Shown one piece after another: positions 1 to 10,831 of a DNA stretch of 50,119 nucleotides. This DNA comes from Pseudomonadota bacterium (GTDB lineage: Bacteria > Pseudomonadota > Gammaproteobacteria > Burkholderiales > Burkholderiaceae_B). Both the position numbers and the translations under genes were made by a program. Every line of letters begins with the position of its first letter. Position 1 is the stretch's first letter. The notes under the pieces are model-generated. The model saw only the letters and a program-made list of their open reading frames with translations. It was not told the DNA's origin and made no database searches. The DNA is taken from NCBI GenBank assembly GCA_023427945.1, contig JAEYZR010000188.1, forward strand, positions 1 through 50,119, in the 5' to 3' direction.

Positions 1-271
1 GCACGCCATAGTGCTGGCGCACAGTCGCATTGGCCGCAAGATCGGTATTGCGCACTGTCGCTCCGACGCGCAGACCGCCCGACGCAATGGGTTCGATCCG
101 GTCCAATCCAAGACCATTGACGTCGATCAAGTGCTGCGGCGTTTCGATCTGGAGCTTCATCAGGTCCAGGAGGTTGGTTCCTCCGGCGATGATCCGTGCG
201 CCCGGACGGGCGGCCAGCATGGCCACGGCCTCTTGCGACGAGCTCGCACGCTGATAGGTGAACGGTCTCAT
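1..271 (-). CDS. paoB: FAD-binding subunit of xanthine dehydrogenase-family aldehyde oxidoreductase (PaoB/YagS-like), N-terminal part, runs off window
   Basis: Not in ORF track. Manual translation from ATG at 271 gives [11 protein letters not shown]...[24 protein letters not shown]. Start overlaps the paoA stop (TGATG). Confidence 0.88.
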   Translation of the reverse strand, partial: MRPFTYQRASSSQEAVAMLAARPGARIIAGGTNLLDLMKLQIETPQHLIDVNGLGLDRIEPIASGGLRVGATVRNTDLAANATVRQHYGV

Positions 272-921
272 CAGCGCCCCTCCTGGACGTGGGTGATGGC
301 TGCGATGATGTTGGGATAGCATGCGCAACGACACAGGTTGCCACTCATGCGCTCGCGGATTTCCAGGGCGGAGGAAGGGGACGGCTGTGTCACGTCGAGC
401 GTGGCCGCGCTGGGGATACCGGCATCGATCTCCTGCAGCGTCGCCACGGCCGACAGGATCTGCCCCGGCGTGCAGTATCCGCACTGGTAGCCATCGTGCT
501 CGATGAAGGCCGCCTGCATCGGATGCAGGTCATTTGCGCTCCCGAGACCTTCGATGGTCGTGACCTCGCTGCCCTCGTGCATGACCGCCAGGCTCAGGCA
601 GGTATTGATCCGCCGGCCATCGACGATGGCCGTACAGGCGCCGCACTGGCCGTGGTCGCAGCCTTTCTTCGAGCCGGTCATGCCCAGGTGTTCGCGCAGC
701 GCGTCCAGCAACGTCGTGCGGGTGTCCAGGCTGAGACGGTGCGCCTGACCGTTGACGTTGAACCCGACGTCCACCGTGCTGGAGGACAGGGTCGATGCAG
801 GCGCCGGCGCGGGTTCGGCAAAAGCCATCCAGTTCGCGCCCGTACTGGCGGCAACACCCGCCACCATGGTCTTGTTGAACGTCCTGCGCGTGAGCGTGGC
901 CTGCGGGCTATCCGGTTGCAT
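271..921 (-). CDS. paoA: 2Fe-2S subunit of periplasmic aldehyde oxidoreductase (PaoA/YagT-like) with Tat signal
   Basis: [23 protein letters not shown] and GNLCRC Fe-S motifs; N-terminal TRRTF twin-arginine motif. Confidence 0.92.
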   Translation of the reverse strand: MQPDSPQATLTRRTFNKTMVAGVAASTGANWMAFAEPAPAPASTLSSSTVDVGFNVNGQAHRLSLDTRTTLLDALREHLGMTGSKKGCDHGQCGACTAIVDGRRINTCLSLAVMHEGSEVTTIEGLGSANDLHPMQAAFIEHDGYQCGYCTPGQILSAVATLQEIDAGIPSAATLDVTQPSPSSALEIRERMSGNLCRCACYPNIIAAITHVQEGR

Positions 922-1096
922 GCGTTTCTCCTGGTTGCGGTCTCAAGCCATCTCGCCCTGGTCCCTGGCAGCGAGATCGATCCCCCGTATCTTCATCTCG
1001 TTGGACCCGCTCCCGATAGCCCGCTTGTCCGGGTTGCTTGCACGATCGTCCGGCAGCGACGCTTTTAGTTTCCCGTGCCACGATTGCCGCCTTAAC

Positions 1097-1999
1097 ATGG
1101 CAGGCATGCACAGACTCGATACCCTCGTCGATCTCCTCGCCCGCCACACGCCGGCAGACGGCTTCCATGCCACCCCGATTCCAGGAGTGACACTGATTCG
1201 TGCGTCGTCCCCGACCATGCCCATGCCGGTGATCTATGCCCCCACGCTCTGTCTGGTTGCCCAGGGCACCAAACGCGCAGTGCTTGGCACGACGACCTAT
1301 CACTACGATCCCGCGAATTTTCTGGTCGCATCCGTGGAACTTCCGGTGATGGGAACGGTGATCAAGGCAAGTGCAGAGCATCCCTACCTGTGTCTGCAAC
1401 TGGATCTGGATTCAGTCGAACTATCGGATCTGGCGATCCGCTATCCGGCGTCGGACAAGGGTGAGATCTCCCCGCCGGCCGGATTGACGCTGAACCAGAC
1501 CACCCCGCCATTGCTGGACGCAGCCATACGGCTGCTCAGCTTGCTCGATACGCCGCAGGACATCGGCGCACTGGCCTCGCTCACCACCCGGGAAATCCTC
1601 TATCGGCTGCTGACCGGTCCCGGCAGCGGCATCATCCGCCACATGGCGCAGAACGACAGCCGCCTGAACCAGATCGCCCGCGCCATCGTCTGGATCCGGG
1701 CACACTTCCGCGGCGCCTGCCGCATCGAGGACGCGGCCGAGGTGGCGGGGATGAGCCGCTCGACCTTTCACCTTCACTTCAAGACCATCACGACCATGAG
1801 CCCCATCGAGTTCCGCACTCACCTGCGCATGCAGGAAGCGCGGCGGCTGATGGTGAGCGATGCGATGGATGCCGCCAGTGCCGGCTTTCAGGTGGGCTAC
1901 GAAAGCCCTTCCCAGTTCAATCGCGACTATGTGCGGATATTCGGGATGCCTCCGGCCAGGCATGCCAGCCAGACGAGACAGGAGATCGGCTTTGGCTGA
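1097..1999 (+). CDS. AraC family transcriptional regulator (YqhC-like N-terminal domain)
   Basis: C-terminal double HTH (AGMSRSTFHLHFK...VGYESPSQFNRDY). Divergent from paoA. Start placed at ATG 1097; 1106 is possible. Confidence 0.9.
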   Translation: MAGMHRLDTLVDLLARHTPADGFHATPIPGVTLIRASSPTMPMPVIYAPTLCLVAQGTKRAVLGTTTYHYDPANFLVASVELPVMGTVIKASAEHPYLCLQLDLDSVELSDLAIRYPASDKGEISPPAGLTLNQTTPPLLDAAIRLLSLLDTPQDIGALASLTTREILYRLLTGPGSGIIRHMAQNDSRLNQIARAIVWIRAHFRGACRIEDAAEVAGMSRSTFHLHFKTITTMSPIEFRTHLRMQEARRLMVSDAMDAASAGFQVGYESPSQFNRDYVRIFGMPPARHASQTRQEIGFG

Positions 2000-2038
2000 C
2001 GCCGGCATGGCAATGCCCGACGCAGCCAGCCTGCAGAC

Positions 2039-3202
2039 TTACTCAAACAGAATCTTTCCAACGCTTTCCTGCGCGGTCCTGGAAGGATCCTTGATGGAAA
2101 CGAACACTGTTCCCGTATCGCTGTCCAGCGCCAGGCTGTTCGGGTGAGGCGGAAGACTCACGGTACGAAGCACGCTGTAGTTTCTGCGATCAAGCACCGT
2201 CACAGTGCCGCTATCGCGATTCGTCACATAGACGCGGTCGCGGCGTTCGTCCACCAGCGGCGCAATGGGCGATTTCCCCGTCTCGATGCTCGCCACTTGG
2301 GCGCCATTGCGGGTGTCTATGACCACGGCACGATGGCCCTCGCCGCGCTTTTTGTAATCGACCAGACCGGCCTTTTCGCGTCGCGCGGTGTCCAGCCGCT
2401 CTGAGCCCAGATCCGTTGCCACCAACCGGTTTTTACTGCGGTCCAGCGCCAGGTTCAGCAACTGATCGGCCTTGACCTCCCATTGCCTCTCGATCTTCAG
2501 GGTCGCGGCATTCAACGCGAACAGCTGGCCCTGCAGGTTCGATACGTACAGCACGTCCTGCTCCTCATCCAGCACAATTCCTGCCGCGCCTGCGCCGAAT
2601 CCAGGAATGACCTGGGATACGCTGAGCGATCGGGTGTCCGCCACATAGAGCACGCTCCCCTGAGCCGCCAGACCGGGTGCATAGAGCCGCTGCCGCTTCT
2701 TGTCCACGACCAGCTCGCGCAACATGTGCGGATAGATCGCTCTGTCGCCATCATGGCGAATCGGTTGCATGAGCTGGATGATGCCAATGGGCTGGTTTTT
2801 CTTCAGATCCACAACCGTCACGGAACCATCGAGCGCATGGCCAACATACAGGCGGTCTGCCTCGTCATCAAGCGCGGCACCAAAACCGCGTCGCTGCAGC
2901 GGGATCTCATCCTGGACGGACAGATCAGCGGGATTCAGGCGCAGCACTCGCGAGGGCTCGGACGCCAGATTCTCGCCCCCGGCTGAGACCACGTAGACCG
3001 ATTGCCGACGCTTGGAGAACGCCAGTTCATACAGACGGGCCCCCACCAGTTGTCTGTCCGATTGCGTTTTTTGTGCAACCGTCGATTCACGGGCACCGGC
3101 CTCGCCTGCCCCAGCGGACGAATGGGTCTGGGCGCAAGCCGCCAACATACCCGCGCATGCCAGTGCAGCGCATCCGAACCATCTATTCACATTCATATTC
3201 AT
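2039..3202 (-). CDS. YncE-like beta-propeller lipoprotein
   Basis: Lipobox GMLAAC; repeated RLYV/VYVTN propeller blades; lies directly downstream of a TonB-dependent receptor. Confidence 0.85.
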   Translation of the reverse strand: MNMNVNRWFGCAALACAGMLAACAQTHSSAGAGEAGARESTVAQKTQSDRQLVGARLYELAFSKRRQSVYVVSAGGENLASEPSRVLRLNPADLSVQDEIPLQRRGFGAALDDEADRLYVGHALDGSVTVVDLKKNQPIGIIQLMQPIRHDGDRAIYPHMLRELVVDKKRQRLYAPGLAAQGSVLYVADTRSLSVSQVIPGFGAGAAGIVLDEEQDVLYVSNLQGQLFALNAATLKIERQWEVKADQLLNLALDRSKNRLVATDLGSERLDTARREKAGLVDYKKRGEGHRAVVIDTRNGAQVASIETGKSPIAPLVDERRDRVYVTNRDSGTVTVLDRRNYSVLRTVSLPPHPNSLALDSDTGTVFVSIKDPSRTAQESVGKILFE

Positions 3203-3236
3203 ATCCTTGATTGCTATGAGTGGCGACTGTGTTGAA

Positions 3237-5777
3237 TCAGAAATCCACGCTGGCCGAAAGCATGTAGGTGCGAGGCGCGCCCAGCCACAATTTGCCGGCG
3301 CCCCCCGCTGCCCAATACGCTTTGTTCGCGAGGTTCAGAACGTTGGCACTCAGGGTCACGGCGTGGCCATCGATCGACGTCTGATACTTCATTCCTGCGT
3401 CAAACACAGTTCTGCCCGCTGTCCGAAGCGAGTTGTCGCGGCTGTAGAATTGCCCGCTGATGGCCTGTACGTTGCCGGTGGCGGTCAAGCCCGGCATACC
3501 GGGCACATCCCATTCAGCGCCCAGCTTTGCTTGCCATTTGGGCCGCGCCATGACGAAGCGCCCCTGATCGACACCACCGGCTGTCCTGGTCAGCTTCGCA
3601 TCCAGATAAGCCACGCCGCCCATCAAACGAAAGCCGGTCGTGGGTTCACCAAAAACGCCCAGCTCGATGCCGCGATTGCGCTGTTCGCCTTCGAATGAAA
3701 ACATGTTGGTCATTGGGTCGATGTAGCTGCTGGGCATCCGGATGGTATAGGCGCTCAAGGTCGCCGCGAAGTCTCCCAGGTCCAGCTTCATGCCCACTTC
3801 GTGCTGCTTGGTTTTGTACGGCTTGAAAATCTCTCCGGCGTTGCTTGCGCCTACAGGCGCGATAGCGCCTTCTCTCAGTCCTTCTATGTAATTCCCGTAG
3901 ACGGAAAGCTGATCTGTGGCTTTCACCAGAAGCGCCACCGCAGGGGACGTCGCCGATTCGTCATAGCGCGATGTGCGTGCGCCCGTGTTGACATTGAACG
4001 ACTCCGCGATCACGTTCTGGCGCCGCACCCCTGCCGTCACCACCACGCGATCACCGGCAAAACTCATCGTATCGGCAACCCCCACGCTGGACAGGCGCGA
4101 GACGGCGGTCTTGGGGATGTCCGACTTGCGCAGGGGTCTGACGGGCGCCGGCCCCCACTCGGGCGAATAAATGTTGGTGTACCAGTCCGAAGGCAACAAG
4201 CCGAGAGCGGTGCTGGAACGGACCTCCTGCTCGTAGTAGGAACCGCTGATCGCCACCTCGTGCTTCACATTGCCCGTGCGCAGACGCGCCATGACACCCA
4301 GGTCGCCCGCCGTGCGATCCAGGGATTGTCGTTGCTGGCCAAAATTGGTCCGATAGCGCCCATCGGCATCGGTCACGCCGAACACCACGCCGAGCACGCC
4401 GTTGTAGTCCGTCTTTCCTTGTCCGTAGTTTCCATAGACAGTGACATCGTCGGTGACATCCGCCTCGCCTCGCAGCACGAACGCCGAATCTTCCGCCTTC
4501 GAGAACGTCCAGTCCGGCATCAGCGAGCGACGCGGATTCGGGGCGTCCGGCCGGCCAAGTCCCCGGTTGACGGTAATGCCTCGATTGACGCCACTGACGT
4601 TATCCTTGCTGGCATACAAGTCGGCCGCAAGACGCACGCGTTCATTGCGCCAGTCCAGACCAAACGCCCCTAGCGCGGCGCGTTTCGATTGCCCGTCCGC
4701 CGATGTCCGACCGTCCTGGTAGAGCCCGTTGAACCGTATGCCCACCTGCTGTTCCTCACCGAAACGGCGTCCCACATCGACGTGCGTTCCATACTGGCCT
4801 TCGGAGACGAAGATGCCGGTAATCCGCGTCAGGGGCTTCTCGGTCGCCCGCTTCGGAACGAGGTTGATGCTCCCGCCGACCGATCCGCCCGGCGGCATGC
4901 CGTTGAGCAGGGTGGAAGGCCCCTTGAGCACTTCGACGCGCTCGACCAGTTCAAGTGGTACCCGGTTGTAAGGCAGCAACCCATACAGGCCGCCGAACGC
5001 CACATCACCAGAGCCCACGTCGAACCCTCGAATGACGAACGCCTCACGGACCGTACCGCGCATACCCAGGTCGTAAATCCCGGCGTCGGTCGCCCCGACC
5101 ACCCGCGCAAGATCCTGCGCTTGCCGTACGGCCTCTTCCGTATACCCAATCGTGCTGAACGGCGTCTCCATGAAATCCTTGTAGCCGAGCATGCCAACAC
5201 GCGTACCGGTTGCCACCTTGCCACCGGCATAGACCGGGGTCAGGTCGCCGCGGTAGAGTCCTGTGACGATGATCGGACTGAGCTGCGTGGCATTACCGTC
5301 GTCACCGGCAGCCTGCGTGGACGAACCGCCGGTGCTGGATGGCATCTGGCGCAACGCGTAGCGGCCAGCGCCGTTGTCCGCCGCCTCAAAGCCACTGCCC
5401 GCCAGCAACTGCGCGAAACCCTCACGGACACTGTAGACCCCATCCAGAGCGCGGCTCTTCAGTCCGGCCACCCGCTTCGGGTCGTACACCAGATGCACAC
5501 CCGAGAGCGCCGCGAATTCCGCCAGGACATCGCTCAGCTCGCCGGACGAGATGAGATAGCGTTTTCTCTGCTCGCTGCCTTGTGCCTCACCGGCGATCGC
5601 AATGCCTGGCGAGAGCAGCGTAGCTGCGGCCAACCCCATCAGCGCGCCGCTCACCGCCAGTCCAATCAGCTTGAACCTGAGCCCGTGCGAAGGGTGAGGA
5701 GAGCGACTGCATGATCGCGGGGAACGGACACCGGAGAGATCGCCGGCAGACATGCGCGGAGGGGGAGTTAGCGCCAT
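3237..5777 (-). CDS. TonB-dependent siderophore receptor/transducer with N-terminal signalling (STN) domain
   Basis: STN-like region, plug motif ERVEVLKGP, C-terminal Phe (ASVDF). True start may be somewhat downstream. Confidence 0.93.
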   Translation of the reverse strand: MALTPPPRMSAGDLSGVRSPRSCSRSPHPSHGLRFKLIGLAVSGALMGLAAATLLSPGIAIAGEAQGSEQRKRYLISSGELSDVLAEFAALSGVHLVYDPKRVAGLKSRALDGVYSVREGFAQLLAGSGFEAADNGAGRYALRQMPSSTGGSSTQAAGDDGNATQLSPIIVTGLYRGDLTPVYAGGKVATGTRVGMLGYKDFMETPFSTIGYTEEAVRQAQDLARVVGATDAGIYDLGMRGTVREAFVIRGFDVGSGDVAFGGLYGLLPYNRVPLELVERVEVLKGPSTLLNGMPPGGSVGGSINLVPKRATEKPLTRITGIFVSEGQYGTHVDVGRRFGEEQQVGIRFNGLYQDGRTSADGQSKRAALGAFGLDWRNERVRLAADLYASKDNVSGVNRGITVNRGLGRPDAPNPRRSLMPDWTFSKAEDSAFVLRGEADVTDDVTVYGNYGQGKTDYNGVLGVVFGVTDADGRYRTNFGQQRQSLDRTAGDLGVMARLRTGNVKHEVAISGSYYEQEVRSSTALGLLPSDWYTNIYSPEWGPAPVRPLRKSDIPKTAVSRLSSVGVADTMSFAGDRVVVTAGVRRQNVIAESFNVNTGARTSRYDESATSPAVALLVKATDQLSVYGNYIEGLREGAIAPVGASNAGEIFKPYKTKQHEVGMKLDLGDFAATLSAYTIRMPSSYIDPMTNMFSFEGEQRNRGIELGVFGEPTTGFRLMGGVAYLDAKLTRTAGGVDQGRFVMARPKWQAKLGAEWDVPGMPGLTATGNVQAISGQFYSRDNSLRTAGRTVFDAGMKYQTSIDGHAVTLSANVLNLANKAYWAAGGAGKLWLGAPRTYMLSASVDF

Positions 5778-5917
5778 GCTATGGGCCTTTCGTCAATGGA
5801 GGTGGATACTTCGACGCCCTCAGAGGCGCCTTGCAATCCATATACCGAACAAGACGAAAAAAATGCTCATTGCATGCGAATTATTTTGTCGGCCTGAGCA
5901 CGACCGGCTTGCGGCCC

Positions 5918-6910
5918 TCAATGTTTTGCGAGGACGGTCACCCAGTACTTCGAGTGGCGCTCGATCTTCAACGGAAAAGATTCGGCCAGCGCGGCCAGGG
6001 CAGCATCGGTATCATCGATGGGTAGGGAACCCGATACACGGAGCTCGGCCACGGCTGGGTCGCAGCGCAGCACGCCCGCACGATACCGTGCGAGTTCGGC
6101 AATGACGTCAGCCAGGCGCGCGCGCTTGACCAGCAAAATACCTTTTTCCCAAAGCGCGGCATGGTTTAGGATGCGATCGATGCTCTGGATACCCGTCGCA
6201 TCGAATTCGGCTTGCTCGCCCGCATGCACAATCTTTGGCGTGCCGTCAAAAGGGCGGATCTCGACGGCGCTTTCCTGTACAGCGACACGAAACCTGGTGG
6301 AATCGATCTGCCGCACGTTGAAGCGGGTGCCCAGAGCGCGCACCACGCCCGCCGAAGTATCCAGCAGAAACGGCCGCGCCAACCCGACCCGGTCTTTCTG
6401 GGTAGCGATGGAGATCTCACCCGCAATCAGGCGAACCCGGCGTTCTGTCTCGCTGAACTTGATGTTGACCGCGCTACGGGTGTTGAGCGCCAGACGCGAC
6501 TCGTCTGGCAGTGTCAGTTGCCGGCGCTCCCCAACGCTCGTGCTCGCGTCGGCAAACCATTCGCGCCACTGGACATTTCGCCAAGCCAGTATGCCTACTG
6601 GCGCGACCACCAGTATCTTGCCCAGCGTGCGCAGACTGCGGCGCCGACCATCGCCGTGTTGCAGGGTCTTCACAGCCTTTGCGCTGATTTCGCGAGGAAC
6701 CTGATCGAAGACGTGGAACACCGCCTGGGTCCTCATCCATGCGGCCTCGTGTTCCGGACTCTTTCGACACCAACAGTCGAAGGCTTCACGGTCAGCGACA
6801 GAGGGTGACTCGTACTGAAAGGTGATGGCCCAATCCGCCGCTTCTTTCAAAATCGTGCTGTCGATGGCGGAGCGGGCGGAACACATGGCGTCAGGTCTGC
6901 AAGCGGTCAA
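5918..6910 (-). CDS. FecR family anti-sigma factor/sensor
   Basis: EAADW, HEAAW, GERRQLTLPDESRLALNT and ALGTRFNVR motifs; lies between sigma and receptor genes. Start is 6910 (TTG) or 6886 (ATG). Confidence 0.9.
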   Translation of the reverse strand: MTACRPDAMCSARSAIDSTILKEAADWAITFQYESPSVADREAFDCWCRKSPEHEAAWMRTQAVFHVFDQVPREISAKAVKTLQHGDGRRRSLRTLGKILVVAPVGILAWRNVQWREWFADASTSVGERRQLTLPDESRLALNTRSAVNIKFSETERRVRLIAGEISIATQKDRVGLARPFLLDTSAGVVRALGTRFNVRQIDSTRFRVAVQESAVEIRPFDGTPKIVHAGEQAEFDATGIQSIDRILNHAALWEKGILLVKRARLADVIAELARYRAGVLRCDPAVAELRVSGSLPIDDTDAALAALAESFPLKIERHSKYWVTVLAKH

Positions 6911-7419
6911 GCCACGGTCAGGCAGGCGAGCAACGCTTTATGGACATCGCGCCGGACAGTGATCAACGGCATCTTCATGTGCTGGGCGATCTGGGCAAGC
7001 TTCATGCCATGGATCTGGGCCAGCAGAAAGACCTGGCGAGTGCGCGGCGCCATACCCGCAAGCATGGTGTCGATGCGAACCAGCGCTTCTATGATGAGCA
7101 GGCGTGTTTCGGCAGAAGGCACGTGCTGCGCGGGCAACTGCGAAATGGTCTCCAGGAATGCCGCCTCTACCGCCTTTCTTCGCCAAAGGTCGACCACCAG
7201 CCCCTTGGCAATGTGCGTGAGCAAAGCGCGGGGTTCGCTGCCGTAGTGCTGATTGGACGTGTGTGATGCCAGGATACGCAGGAACGTGTCGTGGGCGAGA
7301 TCTGCGGCGTCATGCGCGTTGCCCAACTTGCGGCGCAGCCAACCCTGCAACCATCCGCTATGGTCACAATAAAGTGCTTCGATGGAGACGGTCGGGGATT
7401 GATCGGACGAAACACTCAC
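6907..7419 (-). CDS. FecI-like ECF sigma-70 factor
   Basis: WLRRKLGNAHDAADLAHDTFLRIL region 2 and a region 4 HTH. GTG at 7419 chosen because it lies downstream of the Fur box. Confidence 0.9.
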   Translation of the reverse strand: MSVSSDQSPTVSIEALYCDHSGWLQGWLRRKLGNAHDAADLAHDTFLRILASHTSNQHYGSEPRALLTHIAKGLVVDLWRRKAVEAAFLETISQLPAQHVPSAETRLLIIEALVRIDTMLAGMAPRTRQVFLLAQIHGMKLAQIAQHMKMPLITVRRDVHKALLACLTVA

Positions 7420-7443
7420 GCAGCACTCTTGCACATCAACATT

Positions 7444-7462
7444 AATGGGAATCAATCTCACT
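7444..7462. promoter_or_regulatory. Fur box upstream of first ECF sigma gene
   Basis: AATGGGAATCAATCTCACT resembles the AATGATAATCATTATCATT consensus and sits just upstream of a fecI-like gene. Confidence 0.75.
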
Positions 7463-7608
7463 TATAAATCAGTCAGGACCAAAAGGCAAGAACCACGAGG
7501 CCTCCCCTCACTATGCCAGTGCCATGTCGGACGCCGCTCTTCGCCTGTTGACCGCCCCTATGGCCCTTAGTGTTCGCCCCCCGCGCCTAAGCCTGCAGTC
7601 CGGCGTGG

Positions 7609-8016
7609 CTACAGTCGGTCGCGCCCTGGACTTGCCTCTGGGCTGCCTGGCGGATGGTTGGCATGCAATCCAATGCAGTTGCCCTCCGAGTCCTCGATTT
7701 CGGCCACGCTGCCGAATGCGCCAACGACTGTTTCGGGATAGAGAACAACACCACCCGCGTCAACGGCCTTGGACAGCGTTTCCTGGATACCGACCACGTC
7801 GAAGTAGATACGCGCGCCAGACCGACCCGGTGCATAGCTCTCGCCTCGCACCAGTGCACCACTTGCTCCGGGCCGATTCTCGGCATACGGAAAAAATGCC
7901 ATGTCGTTGCCATCAACACTGGCGCGCTCCAGTACATAACCGAACACTGCTTCGTAGAACCTGATGGCCCGATCAAGATCAGTGACGGGAATTTCAAAGT
8001 ACGAAACAGAATTCAT
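7609..8016 (-). CDS. VOC (glyoxalase/bleomycin resistance) family protein
   Basis: MNSVSYFEIPVTDLDRAIRFYEAVFG...IEDSEGNCIGL; start at ATG 8016 inside a longer ORF. Confidence 0.85.
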   Translation of the reverse strand: MNSVSYFEIPVTDLDRAIRFYEAVFGYVLERASVDGNDMAFFPYAENRPGASGALVRGESYAPGRSGARIYFDVVGIQETLSKAVDAGGVVLYPETVVGAFGSVAEIEDSEGNCIGLHANHPPGSPEASPGRDRL

Positions 8017-8251
8017 CTTTCTTGCCGGCCCTGTTGATGAGTGAAAAGACTGCCCGTCTGAAGCGGTAGGCTGAGTATGGGTGATGGTAAGCCCAATAGC
8101 GATCTTCATAGCGGCTCCGCTGGCCAAGCGTATAAGGTAGAGTCGCACACTTGCGCGTACGTCGCATCTGGAGAACACTTCAGGCGCAGCCGGTCATGGC
8201 GCGCTATTTTTGGATGATGACTTGATACGTCCTGACAATACCAGCGTGGCC

Positions 8252-9172
8252 ATGCGGCCACCGCCACTGACGATCCCCGAACTTCAGGCTTTCATCGAAG
8301 TCGCGCGCTCACTCAATTTCCGGATCGCCGCCGAACGCTCCTGTATTTCGCAGCCGGCCCTCAGCCGCCGGATCCAGTCGGCGGAGTTCAAGCTGAATCT
8401 TCGCCTTTTCGAACGCAGCACACGACGCGTGTCGCTGACCTCGACGGGCAGAGAACTGCTGCCTATCGCCGAGCGCATGCTGGAAGAGTTCAACGAGTCA
8501 CTGGTCGAAGTTTCCGAATACCTTGCTGCAGGCGGTGGGCATATCACGATCGCGTCGCTGCCCTCGTTTGCTGCGACCATTCTCCCGCCCACTTTGGTGG
8601 AATTCCACCGGATGCGGCCCAACGTGACGGTGGCACTGAAACCCGTCGATGCGACATCGATACTCAGCCTGGTCACATCGGGATTTGCAGACTTCGGGAT
8701 AACCGTGCCGCCGCCCGCCAGCGACAGGCTGGAATACGATTCGGTCATCCTCTCGGACGAGCTGGTCGTCATTTGTTCCTGCGACGACCCGCTATCCGAA
8801 CGCGACACAGTCGAATGGACGGTTTTTTCCGAACGCAGCTATATCACCAGCGGGGCCGACAGCAGCATCACGCCGGTCATCGAGCGCGGGCTGAAGGAAA
8901 ATGGCATTCAGGTCAGGCCGGTATTCGAGGCGGCCAATATTTCGGTTCTTGGCGCGTTGGTGGCAGCAGGCCTTGGCATTGCCGCCCTGCCACGACACTC
9001 GCTCCATCTCGTGGACACGCGGCGCTTGAAGATCATTCCGATATCAGGCGCCCCCTTCAGCCGGGAAGCAGGCATACTGAGGCCGAAAGGTCAGACACTC
9101 TCACTTCCGGCGCAGAGCTTTCTGGAAATCCTCATGCGGCGCATGAACGATTTTACCGGTGGCACGGCATAA
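8252..9172 (+). CDS. LysR family transcriptional regulator
   Basis: N-terminal HTH (NFRIAAERSCISQPALSRRI...LFERSTRRVSLT). Confidence 0.92.
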   Translation: MRPPPLTIPELQAFIEVARSLNFRIAAERSCISQPALSRRIQSAEFKLNLRLFERSTRRVSLTSTGRELLPIAERMLEEFNESLVEVSEYLAAGGGHITIASLPSFAATILPPTLVEFHRMRPNVTVALKPVDATSILSLVTSGFADFGITVPPPASDRLEYDSVILSDELVVICSCDDPLSERDTVEWTVFSERSYITSGADSSITPVIERGLKENGIQVRPVFEAANISVLGALVAAGLGIAALPRHSLHLVDTRRLKIIPISGAPFSREAGILRPKGQTLSLPAQSFLEILMRRMNDFTGGTA

Positions 9173-9208
9173 GGGCCGCGCCACCATCGTGGCGACACCA
9201 CGCATGGA

Positions 9209-10606
9209 TCAAAGCGGCAGTTCGGGAAAGCCGATGTGCCCCAGGACCTGCTCCAGATGGTGCGCAACGCGATAGACCTTGCACTCTTCGAATGCATGGC
9301 CTGCGATCTGTATCGATAGCGGCAAGCCGTTCTTTGGATCGATGCGGGTCGGCATCACCAGCGCAGGCTGCCCCGTCACGTTGAACGGCATCTGCAACTG
9401 GTACATGTGACGCCGTGTCATCGCCTGCGTATCGTCCACGCGCGGTGCGGTGTCATAGCAGGAGGCAGTGACGATGACATCGACGTCCTGCATCTTCGCC
9501 TCGAACTCCCGCACAAGCCTGCTACGCAGCCTTTGCGCATGGACGAAGTCCGCCGACGAGAAAAAGGCGCCTTGTAATAGACGGCCTTTTGCCCCGCTGC
9601 CGTACTGCTGAGGCACGGTCTTCAACCACTGTTCGTGCACGGCAAAGCCTTCCATGCTGAGCAGGGATCGTGCGACGGCATTGAACCTGTCGAGCTCGGA
9701 CAAGTCGATTTCTTCAAGCTTCGCACCACTCTCGGCAAGTATGGACAGGCACGTATCGAACGCATCGTTGTGGGCGGCGTCGGCCATCGCGTCGTGACGA
9801 AAGACCTCTGATATGACACCAATACGCAGCCCCTTCAGATCCTGGGCCATCTCGGCGATGTAATCCTGCACCGGCACGTTGCGGCAGGCGGGATCACGCG
9901 AGTCATAGCCCGCAAGGACTTGCAACGCGGCTGCGTTGTCGCGCACAGTGCGGGTCATCGGACCGACGTGATCCATCGATGGTGCCAGCGCGAGCACGCC
10001 GCGACGGCTGACTCTGCCATAGGTGGGCTTCATGCCCACCACGCCGCAGCGCGAGGCAGGATTGCGTATCGATCCGTTGGTATCCGTGCCCAGGGCCAGC
10101 GGAACCAGCCCGGCCGCAACCGCGACCGCCGAGCCGCTCGAAGAGCCCGCTGTGATAGAGGCATGGTCCCACGGGTTGAGCGGCGCCGGATACAAGGCGT
10201 CGGTCGGAGAGCCACCACATGCGAACTCGTTGGTGACAAGTTTGCCCAGGTAGATGGCTCCCGCCTGTTCCAGCTTCCGGGAAACATAGGCATGCTGGCC
10301 AGCAACGTTGTGCTGCAACACCCGGGAATTGCCCGTCGTCGGCACGCCTGCGTAGTCGATGAGATCCTTCAGGCCATAAGGGACGCCGTGCAACGGACCT
10401 TTGCTGTGGCCGGCAAGAAGTTCGGACTCCGCTTGGCGCGCCTTGTCCAGGGCCTGTTCCGGGCAGACCTGAACAAACGCCCGCAATACGGGATTGGCGC
10501 CGTCGATTCGATCAAGGGTATCGCGAACATATTCGACAGGAGAGACCTGACGCGACTGCATGAGCCGGGCGACTTCGAAAAAGGGTAGATCAACTAGGTT
10601 TTTCAT
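9209..10606 (-). CDS. Amidase signature family protein (GatA/AtzE-like)
   Basis: GPLHGVPYGLKD, AGSSSGSA and GTDTNGSIRNPA give the Lys-cisSer-Ser triad motifs; start MKNLVDL at 10606. Confidence 0.92.
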   Translation of the reverse strand: MKNLVDLPFFEVARLMQSRQVSPVEYVRDTLDRIDGANPVLRAFVQVCPEQALDKARQAESELLAGHSKGPLHGVPYGLKDLIDYAGVPTTGNSRVLQHNVAGQHAYVSRKLEQAGAIYLGKLVTNEFACGGSPTDALYPAPLNPWDHASITAGSSSGSAVAVAAGLVPLALGTDTNGSIRNPASRCGVVGMKPTYGRVSRRGVLALAPSMDHVGPMTRTVRDNAAALQVLAGYDSRDPACRNVPVQDYIAEMAQDLKGLRIGVISEVFRHDAMADAAHNDAFDTCLSILAESGAKLEEIDLSELDRFNAVARSLLSMEGFAVHEQWLKTVPQQYGSGAKGRLLQGAFFSSADFVHAQRLRSRLVREFEAKMQDVDVIVTASCYDTAPRVDDTQAMTRRHMYQLQMPFNVTGQPALVMPTRIDPKNGLPLSIQIAGHAFEECKVYRVAHHLEQVLGHIGFPELPL

Positions 10607-10820
10607 TGCGATAGGAAGGTTCGAGAACGACTCGCGTAAACGTCTCATCGGTGTAGCCGATGTCGCCCGAGCGCAAACTCCGAATGCATTCACGCGCCAC
10701 ATTCAGGCTTTGCGACAGCGCAGCATCGGAGAGGACGCCCCTGGCGCTCCAGTAGCGAAAAGCGTCACTGTCCTCAGTGGGCAACGGCCCTTGCACATTC
10801 GGATGGTCTTCTGGGTTCAT
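10590..10820 (-). CDS. Small hypothetical protein (76 aa) between Bug and amidase genes
   Basis: Fills the gap in a co-directional operon: ATG 11 nt after the Bug stop, and its stop overlaps the amidase start by 17 nt. Weak RBS. Confidence 0.45.
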   Translation of the reverse strand: MNPEDHPNVQGPLPTEDSDAFRYWSARGVLSDAALSQSLNVARECIRSLRSGDIGYTDETFTRVVLEPSYRNEKPS

Positions 10821-10831
10821 AAGGTGCAAGC

